This document shows positions 1 through 9,063 of a stretch of 64,000 bases of DNA, in pieces. The notes under the pieces were generated by a model. The model had not been told where the DNA came from. It ran no database searches and saw only the letters and a list, made by a program, of their open reading frames with translations. The stretch is from a virus. Lineage: Duplodnaviria > Caudoviricetes. Numbering within the stretch: position 1 is the first letter of the stretch; every line of letters starts with the position of its first letter. Where the stretch lies: the IMG/VR virus record IMGVR_UViG_3300042402_003952; one strand, 5' to 3'. Made by a program: the position numbers and the translations under genes.

Positions 1-226
1 TGAGTAAATCTCCATTAGTTTATACTCCTTCTCATTATACTTCTCTTCATTCTCTCACTCCACCACAAACAATTCCTTGCGTTTCTCCTAATACCACAAA
101 GTTGGTTCATACTGCTCAACCTAATGACCCAAAGCCTTATTTTGATACTTATGGTGGAGTGAAAGCAGAACCTTATAAAGATGTGAGTATAAGTTGGTAT
201 GGAGGTTATAGGGACCATTTGGGATT

Positions 227-517
227 ATGAACGAAACACTCAATAAGAACCTCACACTCATTCAAGAGGTTGCTACAAAGGCACTTGAAGAACTCAAGAA
301 TTCCACAGAACGATTTGGTGGTGTAAATTATGCTGACCTACGAGTAGTGGATGTATGGGTGAAGTATAGTATTCACGAAGAAGATTTGGAGTATGGTGTG
401 TTGATTGAAGAATGCTCACCAACTGCTTATGATTTACAGGATTATATGTTAGAATACTTGAAAGATAATCTACCTAATAATTTGGGGTGGAGCATTTATG
501 TGGAGTTGGATTGGTAG
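227..517 (+). CDS. hypothetical phage protein
   Basis: 96-aa ORF, ATG start, same strand as neighbours. Confidence 0.7.
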   Translation: MNETLNKNLTLIQEVATKALEELKNSTERFGGVNYADLRVVDVWVKYSIHEEDLEYGVLIEECSPTAYDLQDYMLEYLKDNLPNNLGWSIYVELDW

Positions 518-525
518 GAAGTTCT

Positions 526-533
526 TATAAATA
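526..533 (+). promoter_or_regulatory. T4-type late promoter TATAAATA
   Basis: exact TATAAATA, intergenic. Confidence 0.65.
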
Positions 534-573
534 AGAGTGTCTGTTGAAATCGCAAATCTCTACGGACAAGATT

Positions 574-597
574 AGGTGCTCTTTTGGGCACCTTTTC
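574..597 (+). terminator. intrinsic terminator-like hairpin
   Basis: AGGTGCTC-TTTT-GGGCACCT followed by TTTT. Confidence 0.7.
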
Positions 598-610
598 TAT
601 TATGAACTTT

Positions 611-618
611 TATAAATA
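611..618 (+). promoter_or_regulatory. T4-type late promoter TATAAATA for the endonuclease gene
   Basis: exact TATAAATA 25 nt upstream of ATG 644. Confidence 0.75.
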
Positions 619-643
619 GTAATGCGATTTCAACAAGATAGAA

Positions 644-1465
644 ATGACTTACCAAAGTCCAAGAATATACACATACAAAATTACTTTTGAAGAAGTTCCA
701 TATTACTATTATGGAGTTCATAAGGAAAAATACTTCAACGAAGAATACTGGGGTTCTCCTACAACAAACAAGTGGTGTTGGGAACTTTATACTCCAAAGA
801 AACAAATACTTCAATTTTTTGATTATACGGATGAAGGTTGGTTGAAAGCACAAGAAATTGAAGAAAGATTGATAAAACCATTTTTCAATACTGATAAATG
901 GTGTTTGAATGAAAGTTGTGGTGGTAAAATATCTCTAAAAGTTTTGCGTGAAAGTGGAAATAAATGCTATGAACTTGGTTTAGGAGTTCATTCACTAACC
1001 AAAGAGCAAAGAAGTGAAAATGGTAAAAGAACTGGTAAAATTTCTGGAAAAAAAGGAGGTGAAAGAACATATGAACTTGGTGTTGGAGTTCACGGAAGAA
1101 CAAAAGAACAGATGAGTGAAGATGGGAAACAAGGAGGAAAAAAATCATACGAACTTAAAATAGGAATACACGGAAGAACTAAAGAACAGATGGTTGAAAA
1201 TGGTAGAAAGTGTGGAAATAGAACATATGAACTTGGAATTGGAATACACGGACAAAGCAAAGAAAAAATGACGGAAAATGGAAGAAGAGGTGGAAAAATA
1301 GGAGGTAAATTAGGTTCTAAAGAAGATAAAAGTAAAGCAGCAAAAAAGGCAAATTCTCAAAGGTGGATGTGTCTTGAAACTGGATATGTTTCAAACTCTG
1401 GAGGACTTTCTAACTACCAAAAGAAAAGAGATATAGACACCTCTAAACGAGTTAGAGTATCATAA
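644..1465 (+). CDS. free-standing GIY-YIG-like (Seg-type) homing endonuclease with C-terminal tandem repeats
   Basis: N-terminal RIYTYKITF..YYYYGVH..EEYWGS, E..LI and W-CLNE resemble phage GIY-YIG domains; four ~26-aa YELG.G.HG..KE...ENG repeats. Confidence 0.7.
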   Translation: MTYQSPRIYTYKITFEEVPYYYYGVHKEKYFNEEYWGSPTTNKWCWELYTPKKQILQFFDYTDEGWLKAQEIEERLIKPFFNTDKWCLNESCGGKISLKVLRESGNKCYELGLGVHSLTKEQRSENGKRTGKISGKKGGERTYELGVGVHGRTKEQMSEDGKQGGKKSYELKIGIHGRTKEQMVENGRKCGNRTYELGIGIHGQSKEKMTENGRRGGKIGGKLGSKEDKSKAAKKANSQRWMCLETGYVSNSGGLSNYQKKRDIDTSKRVRVS

Positions 1466-1523
1466 GGACACTTTACAAACTGGAACAAGGTGCCTTTACT
1501 GGGCACCTTTTTTATTGTATAAT
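1465..1523 (+). promoter_or_regulatory. early promoter element copy 1 (palindrome + internal hairpin + TATAAT)
   Basis: AGGACA-N10-TGGAAC, 31 nt, TATAAT; hairpin AGGTGCC/GGCACCT+T-run inside. Confidence 0.75.
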
Positions 1524-1545
1524 GACTCTATGATTAATCACTTAA

Positions 1546-1968
1546 ATGAACAACGATTGGAAACCAACAAACTGGGAACCAAGGAAGCAACATCCAGAAG
1601 AAGTCGCAAATGGACTTCGTAATGCTTTTAGACAAGCAATCAAAGATGGTGTGATGGATGCTACTCCTTACTTGAAACAAATGGAACCTAAAATTGAAAT
1701 TGACCCTTCACTTATTCTCAAATCTGGTGATTGTATTTACTATCACGGAATAAAGTATCAAAAAGTAGAACAACCCAAAAGTTTTGAAAATAAACTTTGG
1801 GACTTGCTAAAAACTAAACTGAATGATACTCTTGATTGTGGTGAACTGACTGATAGTGTTATGGATTTGATTAAAGACAATATTCCAGAACCTATGGAGA
1901 ATAAGTTTCATTCTGAAATCATTCAAGGTTATAATACGGCAATTAAAGAAGTAAAGGAGAGGTTCTGA
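1546..1968 (+). CDS. hypothetical protein (KYQKVE / GYN-x-x paralog family)
   Basis: 140-aa ORF directly after early promoter. Confidence 0.7.
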   Translation: MNNDWKPTNWEPRKQHPEEVANGLRNAFRQAIKDGVMDATPYLKQMEPKIEIDPSLILKSGDCIYYHGIKYQKVEQPKSFENKLWDLLKTKLNDTLDCGELTDSVMDLIKDNIPEPMENKFHSEIIQGYNTAIKEVKERF

Positions 1969-2429
1969 TGACTAAAGAAATTGAACTTCTAAAACAAGAA
2001 ATCAAAATGCTTCAATCTAAACTCTCATTTCTTGATGAACTGGAAAAAACAAAATCACCAGTAGAAGAAGCATACAAAGATTGGTGGGGACAATATCCTC
2101 AATTAGAAACTGATTCCGAGTATGATGAAATGAGGTGGCAGGGTTTCCAAGCAGGTTTTCATTTTGCTTATGAGGAGCAGGTAAAAGAAGATGATTGTAA
2201 TGATAAATCTCTTCCTAAAATGACCCTTGAAAACAAGGGTGAGTTTGAGGTTGTTTCTTATAATGATAAGATTTATTATCGTCTGGAATATTCAACTGCT
2301 ATTTTTTGGTATATGAGAAAAGAGGATGATAATGGTGCAATTCTCCTAAAACAGATTGCTGATGGTGAAACTCATCGTCTGCTTGAAGGTGTTTGGTTTA
2401 ATGATGTGAAGAAGGGGAAGTATGACTAA
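1968..2429 (+). CDS. hypothetical protein (KSP-EEAYK module)
   Basis: 153-aa ORF, stop/start overlap. Confidence 0.7.
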   Translation: MTKEIELLKQEIKMLQSKLSFLDELEKTKSPVEEAYKDWWGQYPQLETDSEYDEMRWQGFQAGFHFAYEEQVKEDDCNDKSLPKMTLENKGEFEVVSYNDKIYYRLEYSTAIFWYMRKEDDNGAILLKQIADGETHRLLEGVWFNDVKKGKYD

Positions 2430-2569
2430 CACTCAAAAAATTCAATCTGAAATTGATGAATTACATAAAAAGTTTGATGTTCTTCAATCACAATCTGCGA
2501 CTTTAAGTGAATTGAATAGTGTGCGAAGACAGTTAAATATTGCTTATGAAATGTTGAGGAAGAACTGAA

Positions 2570-2875
2570 ATGACTAACCCAGAAATCATCGTAGAACGAA
2601 AAAAATATGGAAGTTCTGCTATGGATTATACTATGAGAGTTTATCAAAAACTTGATGAAGAAACCATAATGATTGATGGTGTGAAGTATCAAAAAGTAGA
2701 AGAACCAAAACCACCGACACTTTATGAAATGTTTTACAATAAAGGTTTAGTATCAATTTGTGATACTGTTTGTGATATTGTTGCCGATTGGTTGCCTGAT
2801 GAAGATGATGGTGATGATAGATATGCTTGTGGTTGGAATGATTGTGTTGAAAAGTTGAAGTTGAGGTTAAAATGA
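2570..2875 (+). CDS. hypothetical protein (KYQKVE / GWNDC paralog family)
   Basis: 101-aa ORF, overlaps next gene. Confidence 0.7.
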   Translation: MTNPEIIVERKKYGSSAMDYTMRVYQKLDEETIMIDGVKYQKVEEPKPPTLYEMFYNKGLVSICDTVCDIVADWLPDEDDGDDRYACGWNDCVEKLKLRLK

Positions 2876-3450
2876 CTGAACCATTAAATCATAAACTTGA
2901 TATAAGTAAAATCAAAACACTCACAGATGTAAAGAATGTCTTTGAGTGCATGAATTTGTATTCTAATGCGAGTGAAGACAACGAACAGTATGAACTCATT
3001 AAAGAATACTTCACAATTCCAAACGAAGCACAAGAACTTGTCGGATTTAAACTACCACGCAAGTCATTAGAAGAAATCCAACAAGAATTTGATGAGAAGT
3101 TTGATAGATTGATTGATATAGTAAAAAATGATTATTGGATGTCTTATGATTGGGTGAGAGCAAAACAAAAGTATGAAGACTTCTGCAATCAACAAGATAG
3201 TGATTTTAAGTATGCCCGTGAGACTGGATTTTTCCCACCTAAACTTACAGGAACATCAGATTACTCTAAACTTACTGCGATTGGTAGTAGTAATATTACT
3301 TCCAGTTTTGTAATCAAAGAAGGTGGTAAAGAAGTTGGATATTATACCTTTGGTAATGGATATTTGAAGTATTGTATGGATAAGAAACCGACTGCGATTG
3401 TTCGTTTCTTTATGAATAAACTTTTAGATTTCCGTTGGGTGGACACTTGA
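2872..3450 (+). CDS. hypothetical protein
   Basis: 192-aa ORF, ATGA coupling. Confidence 0.7.
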   Translation: MTEPLNHKLDISKIKTLTDVKNVFECMNLYSNASEDNEQYELIKEYFTIPNEAQELVGFKLPRKSLEEIQQEFDEKFDRLIDIVKNDYWMSYDWVRAKQKYEDFCNQQDSDFKYARETGFFPPKLTGTSDYSKLTAIGSSNITSSFVIKEGGKEVGYYTFGNGYLKYCMDKKPTAIVRFFMNKLLDFRWVDT

Positions 3451-3498
3451 AGAACTGGCACAGGAGCATCCCACAGGTGCTCCTTTTGGTCTTATAAT
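3440..3498 (+). promoter_or_regulatory. early promoter element copy 2
   Basis: TGGACA-N10-TGGCAC, 31 nt (contains GGAGCA/TGCTCC hairpin+T-run), TATAAT. Confidence 0.8.
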
Positions 3499-3521
3499 AC
3501 TCTCATACACACAGACACCTG

Positions 3522-3713
3522 ATGATTGACTTCTCTCAAAAACGATTTGTTGATTTGGGTCAAACACTTTATACAGAGTGGTTGAAAACTTGTTCTAATA
3601 TGCAAAGTGCTACAGAACAGGAACGACGAGAAGTGTTCAAGTTTGGTGCTGAACTTGCATTTGAAGCAGCAGAAGAGTTTGCTAAAGTATTCCATAATCA
3701 AGAGGAGAACTGA
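3522..3713 (+). CDS. hypothetical protein
   Basis: 63-aa ORF after promoter. Confidence 0.65.
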   Translation: MIDFSQKRFVDLGQTLYTEWLKTCSNMQSATEQERREVFKFGAELAFEAAEEFAKVFHNQEEN

Positions 3714-3714
3714 A

Positions 3715-4041
3715 ATGACTATCAAAACAACTGAACTTCTCAAACTCTTTACCAAAGCAAAACAACTTGATTTAAGTGTTGAGGTTTATGAGGACAAAGA
3801 TGATGATTATGTAATTCGCATTTACGAAATGTTCCGTTCAGAAGGATTTGATGAAAAAATGTTCATCACTCAAAAGGGTGAGAGCAACTGGAATAAGGCA
3901 TCATACACTATTGATGGTATGATGGATATTCTTGATGAACAGTTGGAAGAAAAACGACAAGAGAAAATCAAAGAACAAAAACGACAAGAACTTCTTGCTC
4001 GTTTGACTGATGAAGAAAAGGAGTTGCTTGGAGTAAAATGA
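3715..4041 (+). CDS. hypothetical protein (start re-assigned to ATG 3715)
   Basis: MTIKTTELL start follows GAGGAG-like SD and the upstream stop. Confidence 0.65.
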   Translation: MTIKTTELLKLFTKAKQLDLSVEVYEDKDDDYVIRIYEMFRSEGFDEKMFITQKGESNWNKASYTIDGMMDILDEQLEEKRQEKIKEQKRQELLARLTDEEKELLGVK

Positions 4042-4223
4042 CTGAACGAGTAAAATTCAAAACTATCACAAGAGTGATTGACCCAAAGACACGCATTCAT
4101 TATCTTGACGGTGTTGATGAGGATGGATACCACTGGACTGCTCAAATGACCCACCAAGAAGAACCTTGGATTATCTACAAAGAAGTTTGGAGAAAAGACC
4201 CTCAACAACCTTATGACGTTTGA
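4038..4223 (+). CDS. hypothetical protein
   Basis: 61-aa coupled ORF. Confidence 0.6.
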   Translation: MTERVKFKTITRVIDPKTRIHYLDGVDEDGYHWTAQMTHQEEPWIIYKEVWRKDPQQPYDV

Positions 4224-4479
4224 AGAAATCCTAGAAGAATACGGACAGGAAGTATTAGACACATACTACGAACTGTTCCCAGATAAGAATGTATCAAAGT
4301 TTGGTGATAGGTGTTGTGGATTTGTTGGTGAGTATCAGGATTTTGTGTTAGACTGTTATCATTCAACTGGTAGTGATGAACTGGAAACACTTGAAGACTT
4401 TATGAATGGTGTATTTCAGGAGTATTATTACTACTGCGAAAAAACAGCAACAGGATTTGTATTTTATAATGAACGATGA
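4213..4479 (+). CDS. acidic hypothetical protein, distant resemblance to the ArdA-like ORF at 30940
   Basis: acidic; ends GFVF like 30940..31347. Confidence 0.55.
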   Translation: MTFEEILEEYGQEVLDTYYELFPDKNVSKFGDRCCGFVGEYQDFVLDCYHSTGSDELETLEDFMNGVFQEYYYYCEKTATGFVFYNER

Positions 4480-5192
4480 GTGATATAATCTACTACAAAA
4501 ATGGTGAGGAAACATTTCGTATTTCTCCTTCAACTGTTGGAACCAAATGTCCTGAAACTAAACTTGAAATCAAAATGACTGAACAAAAATTCACACTTGA
4601 ACTCACACTTGACGAACTTCACATGCTTGATAAGTATGTTGAATATTGTGAAGAAACAAAAGAGTTTTTTGAAAAACTCAAGAATGCTTATCCTAAACCA
4701 AAATCACCAGCAGAGGAAGCATACAAAAAATGTTATGGGGAATATCCTTCAGGAACTCCAAGTGAAAATGCGAGGTGGGATGCTTTTCTTCGTGGTTATC
4801 AATCAACACAACCACACGCAGTTCCAGTTGATGAACCCGATTATTATGATGAAGTAGAGTGGGATGAGAAGGATAATCCTCCATATCGTATCACTGATGA
4901 AGTTGTGAATAAAATGTTGAAAAAATGGGAAGAAAATCCACCAGACTTTTTGAAGTTTGAAATGGGCAAAACTCTGGAAGATTTGATTACTCGGTGGTGG
5001 TTGGATATTCATACAGTCCATAAAGATTGGGATGTTCCAACTTATGTTGATGACCTTATAGACCAAATTCAACTTTGGTTGCCTAAAGAACAGGATAGTT
5101 CTGGAACACAAGATGTTTCTGTGATTGACCTTGTGGATGGTTATAATGACTGCCTTGAAAAAATCAAATCCAAATTGAGGAACAAAAAATGA
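4476..5192 (+). CDS. mosaic hypothetical protein (KSP-EEAYK + GYNDC modules)
   Basis: 238-aa ORF sharing modules with 1968 and 2570 ORFs. Confidence 0.7.
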   Translation: MSDIIYYKNGEETFRISPSTVGTKCPETKLEIKMTEQKFTLELTLDELHMLDKYVEYCEETKEFFEKLKNAYPKPKSPAEEAYKKCYGEYPSGTPSENARWDAFLRGYQSTQPHAVPVDEPDYYDEVEWDEKDNPPYRITDEVVNKMLKKWEENPPDFLKFEMGKTLEDLITRWWLDIHTVHKDWDVPTYVDDLIDQIQLWLPKEQDSSGTQDVSVIDLVDGYNDCLEKIKSKLRNKK

Positions 5193-5389
5193 AACTTCAC
5201 GAACGACTTACGGAATGGTATTATACTCACGATGCCGTTCAATCTGGTGATGTAATCGCAAATGAGATTGTGAATGTCGTGAAGGAATGGTTGAAAAACT
5301 ATCATAAAGAAGACACCAACAAATACGATTTTGACTATTTCAGTGGATGGGCAGATTGTATTGATATTTTAGAGAGGGATTTACGATGA
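5189..5389 (+). CDS. hypothetical protein (GWADC paralog)
   Basis: 66-aa coupled ORF. Confidence 0.65.
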   Translation: MKLHERLTEWYYTHDAVQSGDVIANEIVNVVKEWLKNYHKEDTNKYDFDYFSGWADCIDILERDLR

Positions 5390-5577
5390 CTGAACGAAAT
5401 TTTACAAAAGAACTCCTATACTCATATTATAATGATATGGAAGGTGGAGATGATGTTGAGAGCATTGATTATCGTTCTTTGATACATATCATCACCGAAC
5501 TTCATAATAGGATTGAGAAACTTGAAAGGAAGTTGGAACAACAGGAGGAGTATGCTATGGAGCAAAATGAACAATGA
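5386..5577 (+). CDS. hypothetical protein
   Basis: 63-aa coupled ORF. Confidence 0.6.
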   Translation: MTERNFTKELLYSYYNDMEGGDDVESIDYRSLIHIITELHNRIEKLERKLEQQEEYAMEQNEQ

Positions 5578-5739
5578 GAATTGAAATCACTTACACACCA
5601 CATCCAACAAAAGGATATACTGCTACTATCTGGGATGGTCCAGACGGAATTGATGAAGACAGTTTTGTTTGCCGTTCTCTTGGTGAATGCTTTGAGCAGA
5701 TTGTGATGTGGAGAACACTTAACGCACAACAATACAAAG

Positions 5740-5922
5740 ATGAATGAAGACATCCAAATGCCCAATGGAGATTTCCTAAAGAACTATCCAGATGTGACTC
5801 GTGTTGAAGTGATTACTGATACTGGAAGAGAGTTTGTTCGGTATGAATGCTCTAATGTTCAGGTAAGTCTTCAGGACGACGGACAAACACTTAAAGTATT
5901 TCTCTTTACGACTTATGACTGA
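5740..5922 (+). CDS. hypothetical protein
   Basis: 60-aa ORF. Confidence 0.6.
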   Translation: MNEDIQMPNGDFLKNYPDVTRVEVITDTGREFVRYECSNVQVSLQDDGQTLKVFLFTTYD

Positions 5923-6097
5923 CGAACAAATTGATACGATGTTAAAAATGCATAGGTATCTTATTCATTGTGAGATGAGTTATTTGGTTGATAAAACATT
6001 GAACCAAGATGACCGTGCTGCCGAACTTCAAGAAAAATTCAACGATACAAAATGGGATGACTTTGCCAAATGGTTGAAGAAGATTAGAGATGAGTGA
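5915..6097 (+). CDS. hypothetical protein
   Basis: 60-aa coupled ORF. Confidence 0.6.
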   Translation: MTDEQIDTMLKMHRYLIHCEMSYLVDKTLNQDDRAAELQEKFNDTKWDDFAKWLKKIRDE

Positions 6098-6686
6098 TTA
6101 TTCCTGGTTAGAACCAATAGAGAAACGCACAAGAGAAATAAGAGAAGAAACCCAGAGAATCAAAGATGAAACTGAAAAAATGAAACAGGAAACTCATAAT
6201 CTTCCAGTTCCTGATGATGCCCCTTGGTTGAACTTATCACAAGAGGAAGTAGAAGAACTCCGCAACAAAAAACACGAACTCACTGAATACGGCAAACAGA
6301 GGTTGAAAGAACTTATGAGCAAACCTATTCAAGCAAAAGTATCTGAAGAAGATTACCAAAAAGTTCTAGAACTTATGAATAACCAAGAACCTTATGATGC
6401 TGATAAGTTTGCGGACGAAGAACGCAAACAACGCAGTGATACTGTTCTAGCACGATATAATGCTTTCTATAATGATGAGGTTTCTGGTATGCCCCACGGA
6501 ATGGTGTTAAGTATGGAACATCTCCAATGTATTACATTAGAATGTATGATTGATGCTCTACGTTGTGAGAATATGAATGTTGAATACAATGCTATTGCGA
6601 TTGATGACATTAAGAATTTGATTGAAGGATTGTATCGGCAGAGTAATGAGTTTCTTGAACGAGTGGGGAAGAACAATGAGCGATAA
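6090..6686 (+). CDS. hypothetical coiled-coil protein
   Basis: 198-aa ORF. Confidence 0.65.
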   Translation: MSDYSWLEPIEKRTREIREETQRIKDETEKMKQETHNLPVPDDAPWLNLSQEEVEELRNKKHELTEYGKQRLKELMSKPIQAKVSEEDYQKVLELMNNQEPYDADKFADEERKQRSDTVLARYNAFYNDEVSGMPHGMVLSMEHLQCITLECMIDALRCENMNVEYNAIAIDDIKNLIEGLYRQSNEFLERVGKNNER

Positions 6687-6978
6687 ACCATTCTATCGTT
6701 TTTTTGCGATTGATTATTTTGCCACTGGTGAGGGTAGATCGTATTGGTTGCAAATTTGTCGTAACTATCAACCAGTTGATGATAGAGATCGTCAGTTTGA
6801 ACGATTTGCAAAGTTTGTACCTGATGATCATTACTTGCGTGGTTGTGATGAACTTACAGAAGAAGAGTTCATGGAGAAGTATGCTAAACTTATTCCAGAA
6901 CATGTAAAAGTTCAAGTACATCGTCGTGATCAACCTGCATTCACATGGCAAGCACACCTACACGTTAATTACTCATGA
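6676..6978 (+). CDS. hypothetical protein (start re-assigned to ATG 6676)
   Basis: MSDKPFYRFF start avoids a long overlap. Confidence 0.6.
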   Translation: MSDKPFYRFFAIDYFATGEGRSYWLQICRNYQPVDDRDRQFERFAKFVPDDHYLRGCDELTEEEFMEKYAKLIPEHVKVQVHRRDQPAFTWQAHLHVNYS

Positions 6979-7241
6979 ACATCAAATTCAAAGGACATCA
7001 AGAAACCGACCGAGAAGTAGAACTTTCACAACAAGAACTCTTCCAACTCTTTGAGATTATGCGTAAAGAGTTTGTTGAACACATTACTTATGCTAGGTTC
7101 CGTAATTGTTATTCTCCAACTCCAACGGAGAAAAACATTATAGATTTTTGCAATTCTCATTCGGTTGATGTGGAATACGACAAAGACCGTATCGCATTCT
7201 TTTCTGCTATTCTTGATAACCTTAAGAACCCATACCAATGA
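6975..7241 (+). CDS. hypothetical protein
   Basis: 88-aa coupled ORF. Confidence 0.6.
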   Translation: MNIKFKGHQETDREVELSQQELFQLFEIMRKEFVEHITYARFRNCYSPTPTEKNIIDFCNSHSVDVEYDKDRIAFFSAILDNLKNPYQ

Positions 7242-7456
7242 AACTCTGTAAAGATTGTAAGTATTATCGTAAGGATTGGTTGGGTCATCTATTTGGAATG
7301 GGACACCGACATGATACTTGTGTATCACCAAATACTTCCACAAATCTAGTAACTGGTAATGAGAGCAGGTTCTGTGATATGCTCCGTTCTAAATCTTGGG
7401 AATCACTTGATTACTCTTGTGGTCCTGATGGTAGATTTTTTGAGGAAAAGAAATGA
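7238..7456 (+). CDS. small Cys-rich hypothetical protein
   Basis: CKDCKY..C..C..CGPDGRFFE pattern. Confidence 0.65.
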   Translation: MKLCKDCKYYRKDWLGHLFGMGHRHDTCVSPNTSTNLVTGNESRFCDMLRSKSWESLDYSCGPDGRFFEEKK

Positions 7457-7635
7457 AATGGATTAAGAATCCAGACGAGATTGTACTGGAGGATGTGAAG
7501 ATGGTTCATTATGAGACAATGGAAGAAGGTCGTGCTGTGTGGTTGGGAATCTATCTTAACAACGGTCAAATATTTCACTTAAACATTGGTGGGGATAATC
7601 TTTATATTAATTATAGTGAGGAGACACCTGACTAA
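7453..7635 (+). CDS. hypothetical protein
   Basis: 60-aa coupled ORF. Confidence 0.6.
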   Translation: MKWIKNPDEIVLEDVKMVHYETMEEGRAVWLGIYLNNGQIFHLNIGGDNLYINYSEETPD

Positions 7636-7678
7636 CTGGCACAAGGATACTCCAGAAAGGACTTGGATGCCCTATAAT
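7621..7678 (+). promoter_or_regulatory. early promoter element copy 3
   Basis: GAGACA-N10-TGGCAC, 30 nt, TATAAT. Confidence 0.8.
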
Positions 7679-7700
7679 GGTTTTATAAACCCAGAGACCA

Positions 7701-8000
7701 ATGAACCCCCTACAAAGATACAAGAACTACACCCGCAAGCAGTATAATCGTTATTGTTATGATGGTGATTTTGAACCTCACTTCAGGTGGAACCCATTTG
7801 ATACAAATAACGATTGGGTATATGATAATGAGAAGTGGAGACACTTTATCTGGGGATTTCAAAATATAGCAAATGCTTGGGAGGCGTGGTCTTATTGGAT
7901 GAGAGATAAGAAGTATTCTTATAAACTTCCTTATGCGATGTGGAGTGAGATGAATGATGGATGGATGTATATGTATGAGTATTCTTGGGCGAAGAAATGA
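7701..8000 (+). CDS. Trp-rich hypothetical protein
   Basis: 99-aa ORF after promoter. Confidence 0.65.
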   Translation: MNPLQRYKNYTRKQYNRYCYDGDFEPHFRWNPFDTNNDWVYDNEKWRHFIWGFQNIANAWEAWSYWMRDKKYSYKLPYAMWSEMNDGWMYMYEYSWAKK

Positions 8001-8338
8001 ACTTTCATAAATTAATCATATCAAATAGATTTCTTCGTTACACTTCATTCTGGTGGTGGTACAGGTTAATCTCACATCAAGGATTTCGTTTTGATGATTA
8101 TCATGTATGGGGAGAGTTTTGGAGTTCTCTAAATGGTGGGTGGTTAGATATGAATTACCAATGGGAGTTTGAGAAATTCTGGGGTAAGGGAGCAAAACCC
8201 GAAAGGATTGTTCTACCAAAAAAAGATTTTGATGCCCTAGTAGAAAGACTCAACCAACCACCAGACCCTAAAGTAGTTGAAAGATTAAAAGAGATTATGA
8301 AAAAACCGGCACCTTGGGATAATGACAGAGAAATCTAA
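7997..8338 (+). CDS. hypothetical protein
   Basis: MNFHKL start couples with upstream stop. Confidence 0.6.
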   Translation: MNFHKLIISNRFLRYTSFWWWYRLISHQGFRFDDYHVWGEFWSSLNGGWLDMNYQWEFEKFWGKGAKPERIVLPKKDFDALVERLNQPPDPKVVERLKEIMKKPAPWDNDREI

Positions 8339-8498
8339 AATCTTCTACAACATCTGGAAGTGTGCTTATCAGCGCCGATATTTGTATAGGGGAACACCAA
8401 GAGAACAGAGAGAACATACTACAATTCGTATGTGCCTAGATATGAAAGACGTAAAGTTCTACCAGTTTGATTCAGAAAAACCGCGATACTTAACATGA
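8322..8498 (+). CDS. small hypothetical protein (below ORF-track cutoff)
   Basis: MTEKSKIFYNIWKCAYQRRY...KPRYLT, 58 aa, hand translated. Confidence 0.6.
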   Translation: MTEKSKIFYNIWKCAYQRRYLYRGTPREQREHTTIRMCLDMKDVKFYQFDSEKPRYLT

Positions 8499-8881
8499 TA
8501 TTCTCAAGACCTCTCCTAGGAACAAATACCAATAAAGTTAAAATGAGTTGGTGGGATTATTGGGTTGGTCACTGCTGGATGACTGGATGGCAAAGTATTC
8601 GCAACAATTTCATTACTTGGATGGATTTGGTATGGTTTGAAGACAATCAAAAACAATATACTCTTCTTAAAGATGATGTTCCATTTGAGCAGTGTTATAT
8701 TGAATTCTGGTTTGGATTAAATGATGACGATGTGTATCCTAAACATTTCTTGGAAAGTTTGCTTCAAATGGTTGATGATATTGAAACTGGTAAAGAAAAA
8801 GTATATCCACTTGATGAGGATTTCTTTGATAGAATGAAAGAACTTACTGATGGAGTAGAACTTAATGATGACGATCTTTGA
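8495..8881 (+). CDS. hypothetical protein
   Basis: 128-aa ORF. Confidence 0.65.
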   Translation: MIFSRPLLGTNTNKVKMSWWDYWVGHCWMTGWQSIRNNFITWMDLVWFEDNQKQYTLLKDDVPFEQCYIEFWFGLNDDDVYPKHFLESLLQMVDDIETGKEKVYPLDEDFFDRMKELTDGVELNDDDL

Positions 8882-9059
8882 TTTGGTACACGATGAACGT
8901 AGATATGGTTGGGTCGTAGATAAACGTTATGATTGGATCAATATGCTCTCAAGAATGAGAGATAATAATCCACAACGATTTGAAGAGTTTCAATACACCA
9001 ATGCTACGATTTATCATCACCTAGATAGAGTGCAACAAGAACAAAGTATCTACGATTAA
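8865..9059 (+). CDS. hypothetical protein
   Basis: 64-aa ORF. Confidence 0.6.
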   Translation: MMTIFDLVHDERRYGWVVDKRYDWINMLSRMRDNNPQRFEEFQYTNATIYHHLDRVQQEQSIYD

Positions 9060-9063
9060 CATT

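Noticed and set aside
644-1465. Endonuclease genes as group I intron-encoded ORFs
   Set aside because: No interrupted host gene or intron core elements seen around 644, 10888 or 38562; they appear free-standing
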